Positions 13,801-25,373 of a DNA stretch of 64,000 nt are shown here, one piece after another; position 1 is the stretch's first letter; every line of letters begins with the position of its first letter. Made by a program: the position numbers and the translations under genes. The stretch is from contig OX597823.1 in NCBI GenBank assembly GCA_951406725.2, positions 38,626,001 through 38,690,000 of the forward strand, written 5' to 3'. The DNA comes from Octopus vulgaris (lineage: Eukaryota). The notes under the pieces were generated by a model, which saw only the letters and a list, made by a program, of their open reading frames with translations, had not been told where the DNA came from and did no database searches.

Positions 13801-16067
13801 AGATCAAAGCCAACTGGGGCTTTTTCTAGAGAATAACATAAAGCATGTCAATCTCAGTAGATCCCAAGTCAGTGAAGGCAATGGCTACATAATCCTGTAT
13901 TCTAAACAGAAGAATTAAAAATAAAACAGCTATTTATGGATTGGCAGAGAAAGCCATCAAGAAATGTTTCTCTCAGAATACAGGTAAAAATTAATATTTG
14001 TAAGTCTATTCAACCTATAGCAACATGTTGAAAAATGAAAAATCAAAAGGTGTTTAATAGGTGGAAGGAGGAAACAATAATGAGGATTCAACCTAATGGA
14101 AGAACAGAACAACAATAAGCTTACTTTATGGGACACTTTAAATTCTGGAACTTCAATATTTTCAAGATGTCTCAGTAACGATTCTGTTGATAGGTCCTGA
14201 AAAACAAATAGTGATTTTTAAGAAAAAAACTTTGCATTGATTGTACATGAACTTATTTTATTGATGGCAAAAATCAGCTTCCACAAGATTTGAACTTAAA
14301 ACCAGTGGGTACAAAATAACAGAAATTAAATAAAGGATAAATAATGGGTCACTATCTGCCCCAAAAGTATTGTTTAGGCAGTGAGCTGGTAGAATCATTA
14401 GCATGCTGGGCAAAATGCTCAGTGGCATTTCGTGTCTTCATGTTCTGAGTTCAAATTCTACTGAGGTCGACTTTGCCTTTCATCCTTTTGGGGTTGATAA
14501 ACTAAGTACTAGTGAAACACTGCAATCAATGTAATCGATTAGTCCCCTCCCCACAAGCTTCAGGCCTTGTACCTATAGTAGAAAGGATTATTATTATTAT
14601 TATTATAGACGTTGCACAGTATACAGTATAGACGTTGATTGAAGATATAGTGTTTCCTGGGAGTTTGTACTATCTGTCAAGTCACAACAAGGACCTTAGA
14701 CAGACAGTACTTTATGCAATATGCGTGCAGTTCCAAGTAATGCCGACTTTTGCAATACATCTAGATTGTAGGGTATTTCTAAAGTTTTCAGATGTCTTGT
14801 CAGATAGGGTGGTATTGAACCCAATGCTCTGATGACAGTAGGGATAACCTTTATGTTTGACTGTTGTAGCTGGCGCATCTTAGTGATCGCAATTCTCAGG
14901 TCTCCATATTTATCTACCTTTTCTCTTTCATGACAATATGTTGATATCATGGTAGTGCCACATCAATTATTAGGCACTCGTTTGTCCCTCCTAAAGGTTA
15001 CTATATCTGGCATTTGATGCTCTAACACCCTGTCTGCCTGGTAATTAAAGTCTCAGACAATTTTGGCCTTTCCCTTTTCGTCCATTACATTTTCTGGTGT
15101 ATGTTGGTACCAAGCACTCATAACTTCATATCCATACTTATGGCATAGTACCCAGTGAAGGTTTTGGGCTACCTTGTCGTGTCTAAGTTTGTACTCTTTC
15201 TGTGACATTCACAAGCACTAACAATGTGAGTCACACTTTCGACGCTCTTCCCACACATTCTGCAGAGGTCCGTTGCACTTGTGTGATATATATTCCTTTT
15301 CAATGCCTGGTTCTGGGCAGTGATAATTAGGTTTCCAGTATTCCTTTTTTAGGTTACCCTTGTTGAGCCACATCCATGATGCTTCTTGGTCTTTTAATTT
15401 GTTGGTTTCACGGTGGAACTGACCATGTAATTCCACACAGAGTAGGATTTCTTCTCTCTCATTGGCTGTTCTTGATCAAAATTCATGAGCACTCTCAAGT
15501 CCATTTTTGTTAACTCCTTCTGCACTAGCAGCATACTTGTTTGCTGTTTACCAAATATTCTGCCATGTTTCTTCTTTTTCTGTTGATGCACTCCCATATG
15601 TTAATTAGCCCACATCCACCTTTAACTTACAGGTGGAGAGCAGCATGCATTGACATTGTCTTTTGGGTAGTGCAATCGAGCTGGTCAATCTTCATTTGTG
15701 TCCATTCTGGTTTATTATTATTATTATGATGATGATTATTATTAAGGTGGTGAGTTGGCAGAATCGTTAGCATGCCAGACGAGCTGCTTAGTGGCATTTC
15801 AACTGTCCTTACTTTTTGAGTTCAAAATTCTGCTGAGGTCGACTTTGCCTTTCATCCTTTCAGGGTTGATAAAATATGTACCAGTTGAGTATTAGGGTTG
15901 ATGTAATCGACTAGTCCTCTTCCTACAAATTTCAGGCCTTGTGCCTTTAGTAGAAAAGATTATTATTTTGATTTGTCTCGGGTTTGGTGTTATTTCTGCT
16001 ATGGATTATGTGGATAGCAGGTTACTACCTGTAACCTTAGTATCCACAAGTTTTCAGCAATCTTTCA

Positions 16068-16123
<56 letters not shown>

Positions 16124-19100
16124 GTGAGAAAGCATATATATATATATATATATATATATGTATACTTTTTCACATGATGATGATAATGATAATAATAATA
16201 ATAATAATTGAAAGACACTTTTGTAAATTATCCTCTTAATTTACAGCATTTATTCCCTCATAGAACCATCTTCATTCTAATCTTATTCTGTCTGAATAAA
16301 CCCCAGTAAAACATGTTCCCCTTAGCCTTCCTCTATCATTATAAACTATTGTGTTACATAGGTAGATAGAAATGGTATTTTTAATTCTCAAATAGTTTTC
16401 ATTTGTAATAATGATCCAACAATCCATTTTGAGAATTAATTACTTAAAGACACCATTCACATGAAAAATAGTAAAGTTAGAGTTAACATAATGCAGAAGG
16501 TATTAGTAAGCTAATTAGAAATAATTTATTAGAGGGAAAGATCAGTAAGTTTGATATGAGACAAGAACTAATAGTATCTTCACCCAGATATGTTCCTACA
16601 CTATTAGACCTCCTCAGTGGAGATGTCACCTTACATGTTGAAATTATGATAAGAAAATTTGCTTTAATGTTCATTTTCAATGCTAAGGATTAGATGAATA
16701 TACAATTGTAACATTGTTTTAAAGTTGAATGTCATTGCTGTCACTTAACCCTTACCTATTTATTAAGTAAAGGATCTTTTAATCCATGTCTTTGAAGGCA
16801 CAAAATGAGAGGATGATTTATTGACAGGAGAAATGACAACAATGTCACAACCTGCAGTTGAGGGATTTTCAGTGAAGCACAAATGTAAACATACACACAC
16901 ACACACACAATGGACTTCTTTCAATTTTTGCCAACCAAATCCACTCACAAGGCTTTGGTTGACCTGAGGCTATCACTGAAGACTCTTGTACTGTACAACG
17001 GGACTGAACCTGAAACTACTTGGTTGGGAAGTGAACTCCTAAACCACATAGCTCCCTCCCCATTTCAATGCATAATAGTATACACTGGATGATGTAGAAT
17101 ATTACAATATTTCAGATTAGTTTCTAACAAGACATACAACCAAACTATAAGTGTTTAACCCTTTAGCATTTTGATTGTTTTGTCAAATGTAATATTTATT
17201 GCTTCACATTGTTTTGAATTCATTATGCATTATCTCATAGCTTCAAGATTCCAATGATGTGATTGTTTATTGGTAGAATAACATTGAAGGATAGGTGCGA
17301 GAGGCTGGGTCTGGCAAGTTTGAACATAAGATGGGTAGAATATTTCGGCCGGATATGACCAGTTTAAATGCTAAACACTTAATCTCCTTAATCTTTGTGA
17401 TATTAAAATCTCTAGAAGAAGGAACAGTAAGAGACAAACCTCATCTTTCCATGGAATTCCATGAACGTCTGCATACAACCTGCTGGTGCTTTGGACGAAC
17501 ATTATGTGTCTAGTGAAAGAAATACAAAGTTAAAAGTGAGGAGAGATTGAAAAATAAATAACTGTTTATTTATACACAAAGAGAATAACTGAAGAAAATG
17601 ACTTAGAGATACCTTCCTCGGGGTAACATAAGTAAGGCGGGCACTAGCAAAGTTGATGGAATAAACCAAGAAATTTTACTTTAAGATTTATTTATACACA
17701 CAAACACACATATATATATAAACCCCATCCACCCATATCTCTTGGTTACTTTTTTGCCTGAAGATGTTTACAAGGGACATTTGGAAGATAACTTCAGCTC
17801 TCTGCAACAATTATTGATATTCTTCAAAGCTTGCTCAGTTGAGGATCACAAAGAGAGTAATTGCTCTTACATCTGGGATGGGTCTACTGCTACTACACAC
17901 ACTGACATCCTAGACTACATCCAGAAACTGGCCACCCAAATGACTGGTCTAAATCAATCACAAACATCCTCTATCCAGCCTCTGACCCACAACTGCATTG
18001 TTTCCTGCTCTCTACCTTTTCTACCACTATTATAATAGCCTTCGCTCCTCTGAATTGGCTGGGTGCATGTCACCACCACTCAGACATTCCTGATTCCCTC
18101 TTTTCTCTTCTTCTCATCTTACTAGTTTGGGAACAACCAGAAAGGTAATTGGTGTTACAGCTGACTAAATTATTAAACAAATATAATAATGATGATGATT
18201 CATAAACCATAATTTAATGAGAAGCATTCAAACATCATCATTATCATCATTTAACATCCATGTTTCATTCCTGAATGCTGTTTTATTTCACCCAGAGAAA
18301 CCAAAAGACAAGCTTTCTGTAGTCTGTAATCTACAAAATATCTTGTAAATAGATGTATGTTTCTAAATAGATGCCCAATGTAATGTTAAAGATCAATGAT
18401 GAATTAATAGGTTACAAAATTTACACTGCAATAAATCAAATTTTATACTGTCAAATGCCTCGTGGGCATTGTTTATGCTCTGAGTTCTGATGGTTGATAA
18501 ACTAAAATACCAGTCAACTAAAGGTGTTGATATTATCAAATATAGTTAAAAGAAAAGGGAGAAATAACTCGTAACATAGAAAAGGTGATCAATGAAAAAT
18601 GTGAGCAGAGAGGAATGGTGTAAAGAATGAAGAATGAATGCTTACACAAGATTACTGCTATCAAATATCAAAGGTTGTGGAGGTCGTTTAGGAGATTGCC
18701 AAAACAGTCCTGGAAAGAAAGAAAGAAAAAATATGGTAAAATGTTCATAACATATGAGTTAATGATGATAAGTGTATCACACTTTTGGTTAGGTTCAACA
18801 ACCACCTCAAAATTTTAAAGGCCTGAAAACAGTTGTCATCTGAATCTACTTTATTTATCTCTACTGTAGCCATAACCCTATTTCTCTCCTGCTTCTTCCT
18901 GTTGCAGTCAGTTTTCTCACTTAGATGTAAAACTCAGCGGTGTCTCATTAATTTCTCTTCTTTCAACTTTTCCCTGAAGTAGGACACTGTCCGAAATGTT
19001 AGATTTTCCACATCCCACAGCTAATTCACTATACCCTTTTAGTAAATTTTTACAAAATAATATGTCTTGCCAATGCATACCGACACGAGTCTCTTTGGAG

Positions 19101-20434
19101 TCTGATTACACATCACTACTGTAGCCAAAATCATACAAGATATCAATAATATATATATATATATATATATGAAAATAAAATGGACATCTAACCAAATAAA
19201 ACTTGTTTTGATGTCTACGCTATCTTCTATACAACCAACTATTACAGTGTGGATATAATTAAGACTAAAGAATCATGTATCAGTGGTGTTAAACCTATTC
19301 AATTACATGTTGATCAACATATCTCTCTGTCTGCCTGTCTATCTGCCTGCCTGTCTGTCTGTTTGTCTCTCTCTCTCTTTCTATCTATCTATCTATCTAT
19401 CTACACACACACACATGCATGCACACACAGACACAAATCATTGTCATCATCATTTAATGTTCATTTTCCATGCTGACATGGGTTGAACGGTTTGACAGGA
19501 ACTGGTAAGGCCAAGGGCCAAGCTCCATTGTCTGTGCTGGCATGACTTCTACAGCTGGATTCCCTTCCTAACACCAACCACTATACAGAGTGTACTGGGT
19601 GATTTTTATGTGGCACCAGTACCAGTGCTTTTTATGTGGTACCAGCACTATTAAGACACAAACCATGCTATAAAAAACCTGGCTAACCATGTGTCTTAAT
19701 GGCAAGAAAATATTAGTAGCTCTTATTTTAATACAACATATATTAAATGATATATATGAAATAGTGTTGGCTCCAGTAGAGATGAGTAAAGTAGATATAG
19801 CAGGTATGCTGATATAGTCTTACCCATGAATGCATGGAAAACGTTAAACGATGATGATGATGATGATGATGTATGTTGGGTTTGGTAAGTGCCAATGCAT
19901 GAAACTCTCGGATCTTGAGTCACTCTGTTACTTCTGCTAAATATTAATAAATAAATAAATATATCTTAACACACTACACATGGGTATAAAAGAAAGATGT
20001 GAATTCTACTTGGCAGTATATTTTTATGAGTGTGGATGGATATTGGTCATGCAATATCGCTGATCACATGCATATTTTGAGATATTCATAAATTTATGCA
20101 ATGGAATAGTGTCATTGAAGAGAGCAGTAGGTATAATATTTTTTACTTTAAGCTTGAAACACGATCTTGTACGCAGTTAAGCGAACCTTGTTGATTCACT
20201 ATTTTTCTTTTGCTCACTACAATATGGTGTGTTATTCTTGGAGATTTTAAGGTGGTAACAGGGGCTTTAGCATCTATTTCTTGCAGTGTGTGGTGAGGCA
20301 TAATGCCAATCCCTTGTTATAATTATGTATATAATTATAAAATATTTTGTAAAATTTACCTATGGGGTTTTTAGTTTCCGCACTGACCACCTGGTAAAAT
20401 TATTATTGATTTTACCCTTTTATTATAATATATG

Positions 20435-20482
<48 letters not shown>

Positions 20483-22763
20483 TATAAATATATAAAGGGA
20501 AAGTTTACGAAAATAAACAAAAGACGAAGGCAGGTGGTGTACAAACAAACAGATGTATTAATATAGCGCGCTCAGGAATAGAAAAAGTCTTTTACGTTTT
20601 GAGCCTACGCTCTTCTACAGAAAGGTACACAGAAAAAACAAGGAGAGAAAAAAACGAGAGAAAAAAAATGTGTGTAGTAGCTAACGATCTCTATATATAT
20701 ATATTCTTTTACTCTTTTACTTGTTTCAGTCATTTGACTGTGACCATGCTGGAGCACCACCTTTAGCTGAGAAAATCGCCCCAGGACTTATTCTTTTTAA
20801 GCCTAGTACTTATTCCATCAGTCTCTTTTGCCAAACCATTAAGTTACAGGGACGTAAACACACCAGCATCAGTTGTCAAGCGATGTTGGGGTGACAAACA
20901 CAGACACACACGCATATATATAAACACACTATATATTCATTCTTCACTCATTTATTACTGTTCTTATTCTAACTCATGTCCATTGTCTGGAAATCTTTCA
21001 TCACACATCTGTAACCTCTTCAGTGACACTTCCTGTCTTCGTGTGTACTCTTGCTCTGTTGCTTACCAACCACATGGTTTCGGGTTCAGTCCCACTACAT
21101 GGCACCTTGAGCAAGTGTCTTCTATTATAGCCTTGGGCCAACCAAAGCCTTGTGAGTGGATTTGGTAGACAGAAACTGAAAGAAGCCCATCGTATGTATG
21201 TATGTATATATGTGCTATTAAGTTAGACATGGCCTGGACCAATCTTTGGTCGAAACATATCTAAGTTTTATATGTATCTAAGTTTATATATATATATATA
21301 TCTATCTATCTATCTATGATTGATTGATTGATTGATTCTAGTTTCAGCTTATGAGCTGTGGCCATGCTGGGGCACCGCCATTTGGTGTTGCTACTTGGTT
21401 TCACTTCATGGGGGCTTTCTAGCAACTGCTATTTGGTGCATGAGAGAGTTCAATGCAGCTGCCCTCATCTGCCCCTCCTGCCGTGAAGTTGGTTCATCTG
21501 GGACACCTGACAGGAAGAGATCCAGCTTCATTTTAAAGACATCTGTATCCACCCCATGCAGGTCTCTCGGGTTCTTCGGGAGGATATTGAAGAGCTGTGG
21601 GCCTCGGAAGCCCAGGCTATCACAGAATCTTGTCCTACATCTTGATGGCAGGTTTGGAGTCCTAGGCACCACGCAGTGGCGCCCAGTTCTGGCATTTGCG
21701 TAACTCTCGATGCCAAAGTTCAGGACACTTCCCTCCAGGATCTTCCAGATGTATATTATGGCATATCTTTCCCGCCTACGCTCCAGGGAATATAATTTTA
21801 ATCTCTTGAGTCTTTCCCAGTAGCTTACATTCTGCATAGAGGCTATCTTCTTCGTGTAGCTTCGTTGGATCGCCTCAAGTTCTGTGATCAACTTGACACT
21901 GGATGGTGACCATAGCTGAGAGCAATAGTCAAAGTGGCTTAGGACAAGTGTCTTCCAGAGGACCATCATGGTTTCTTGTTCTCTTGTTCTAAAGGTTCTA
22001 AGAATCCATCCAGCCAACCGTCTACATTTCATTGTCAGTTTAGCAACATGTACATGAAAGGTCGCGTCATCACTCATGTGAATACCCAGGTCACGCACTG
22101 ATTGTGCCTCTGGGATTGCAATCCCTCCGGGTCCAGTGTATTCATTGGGTATTGCATTCAGTTTTGCATGCTGATAGTATAAAGCTTGAAACTTTCCAGC
22201 ATTGAACTGCATGCTATTCTTTTCAGCCCACTTGTATATTTCGTCCAGCTTACATTGCAGGTGTTTAGTGTCCTCAGGGTTCTGTATTGCCTGTGAAACT
22301 TTTGTATCATCTGCATAACTTGTGATCGTGGCTCTCTGCGTGGCTGAGGGCATGTCTGAGAGGGCCATTATGAACAGTAGTGGTCCCAGAACAGTGCCCT
22401 GCGGAACACCGCTCACTATTTGTGTGTTAATGGAGGTGGCCCCATTGGCTACTACCACCTGACTTCTATCCTTCAGAAAGTCATGAAGCCATTCTCCCAG
22501 TTTTCCAACTATGTTGAGATCACGCAGTTTGTGACATATCATTCCATGATCGACTTTATCAAAGGCCTTTGCAAAGTCGAGATATATCACTTCCACATTT
22601 GAGTGGTTGAGCAGCCGTTTCAGCACCCAGTCATAGTGTTGTAGGAGCTGAGTTAAACAGCTTCTCCCTGGTCGGAAACCATGTTGGGTGTCGGGCAGCA
22701 AGTCATTCTCTTCAAGGAAGGTGATCAGCTTCCTTCTGACTATTCGTTCCATGACCTTGCTGA

Positions 22764-22799
<36 letters not shown>

Positions 22800-23300
22800 T
22801 AGATACATATAAAACTTAGATATGTTTCGACCAAAGATTGGTCCAGGCCATGTCTAACTTAATAGCACTTATATACATACATACATACGACGGGCTTCTT
22901 TCAGTTTCTGTCTACCAAATCCACTCACAAGGCTTTGGTTGGCCCAAGGCTATAATAGAAGACACTTGCCCAAGGTGCCATGTAGTGGGACTGAACCCGA
23001 AACCATGTGGTTGGTAAGCAACAGAGCAAGAGTACACACGAAGACAGGAAGTGTCACTGAAGGGGTTACAGATGTGTGATGAAAGATTTCCAGACAATGG
23101 ACATGAGTTAGAATAAGAACAGTAATAAATGAGTGAAGAATGAATATATAGTGTGTTTATTTAGCAAAAAAACAAAACAAAAGACCATCCTGAAACACAA
23201 CAATATATATATATGTGTGTGTGTTGTGTGTGTGTAAATACATACATATATATACATACATACATACATATGTACATATACATACATATACATACATACA

Positions 23301-23354
<54 letters not shown>

Positions 23355-23430
23355 CATATATATATACATACATATATATATACATACATATATATATACA
23401 TACATATATATATGTATGTATATATGTATG

Positions 23431-23465
<35 letters not shown>

Positions 23466-24027
23466 AGGGAGAGAGAGAGAAAGAGCTAGAAGGGCACTCA
23501 GGTTGATCAACTGGTTATTTTTGTTCCACAGAATTGTTCAAACAACTTAAAACATACTCAAACTGTGGACATATCTGTTATATGGAGTCACAAAGTACAG
23601 AAATCAGAAACCTTATGTTAAAAGGTACTAACTAAAGATATGATGTCAAACTACAAAAATTTTTAAACTGATGAGATTAACCATCATAAGGAGTACAAGT
23701 ATGTGATGTCATGAGAAGTACAAGTTTGAAAAGTTTGAAATAGTAATGAACCTGTCATGAAAAGTTCCTTACCTCCATTTGCTAGTTTGGTGTCCAAAGG
23801 AAAGGCATGAAGTAATTGTTTGGCCTGAAACAAGATATAATAATTATTAAAACAAATAAACTGGTGACTTACGAAATTGTATTGAAGATGAATACCTTAA
23901 TAAAAGATATTTCTCTTTTTATGTATACACAAACACACAACTATTATATTCTAAACTTATTTTCACAGCACTGTAGTACCTTAATGATAATAATTACGAG
24001 CTCAAGGATTTGATTCCTAAACCAATA

Positions 24028-24058
<31 letters not shown>

Positions 24059-25337
24059 GACTACTAGCTCCAAAAGTTTTTTTATACTCTCTTTGTTTCT
24101 GGTCCACTAAAGGAGCTTTTTTGTGAGTACCACTGGATTAGGTAAATTCTAAATATTGTGCATTAAATTTATACACACACACATATATATATATGGTTGT
24201 CTGAGTCAGTCTTTTCTTTCTTTAATTATAGTTTTGTCTCTTTTCCCCTCTCTCCATTGCTCTTGTTTCTTTGTCTCTCTTTATATCTCTCTACCCTTTG
24301 CTTTCTCTCTGCAACTCTGCATACAATACAATAAAATATTCCTCTGATGATACATTCTAGTTAAGCACCCAATGCACTTGGAACATCCAAAGCAGAATAC
24401 CAAACAACCACAATGATGAAACATACATAGGAACAAATTATATAAGTTCGTGTTTATTGTAATTTCTCCTATATATACATACATCCATATATATAACAAA
24501 AATTTAAAAAATGAAAGAAAAAGGAAATAAAGAAAGCTTCTAATAGTGCACAAAGTTTTACAAAAACCTTTATATTTCATCTTCAGAAGGAAACAGTCCA
24601 GGAAATGCATATTTACATCAATTTTGTTATTTTATTTTAAAATGCTCATTGTTCGGATTAGCAGCAGCAGAAACTCTCCAACTGTTGCTAGTGGTCATTG
24701 TGAAGTTGGAGAGTTGCTGCTCTTACTAACCCAAACAACAAGCAGTTTAAAATAAAATAATAAAATTCAGGTAACTAGATATGTCCTGGACTGCTTCCTT
24801 TACATCTGAAATATAAAGGTTTTTGGTAAAACTTTTTGTATTGTTAGAAGCCTTTCTTTATTTCTCTTTTCTTTTATTTCCTACTTCTGGATTTCAATGT
24901 TTCCAGTCAACCATAATGCTTTTATATATATATATATAACAGGCAATCTTTGCCTCTACATCACTCTTATTACACCAACTTTGTACTGCTCTCTCAAAAT
25001 GGTATTTAGACATTTAGATCTAACAACTTGTGAAGATTCCTTTTATCTGAGACTCAGCTTACCTTATGGTTGAAATATTTTTCAAACTTGCACCTAGCAA
25101 TAGAGATACACTGCTGCCAATTCTGTGGTGCATTGCGTAACACTCGAGACACTATATATGCACCTTCAACTTGGTCGTGTTTCATCAGTTTCTAGAAAAT
25201 ATAACATTACAATATGATAGCTCTTTCTGCAATGAAAAGTCACAACCTTACAATAAACTCTTTCTTTCTGTTTCTCTTTCTCTCTCTCTCTCTACACACA
25301 CAATGTTGTCAAAATGATTAAAATAAAACAGTTCAAG

Positions 25338-25373
<36 letters not shown>

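Noticed and set aside
21406-22752. RT flanked by inverted repeats read as a retron-like or novel RT transposon
   Set aside because: The RT is an ordinary 5'-truncated CR1-group LINE with its own (AATC)n tail inserted in the central microsatellite; nothing shows that it moves with the arms.
23108-23550. Long Y/I/M/C/H-rich ORFs here and near 4850, 15941, 31101, 49268
   Set aside because: Translations of TA/CA/TAC/TAT microsatellites, not genes.
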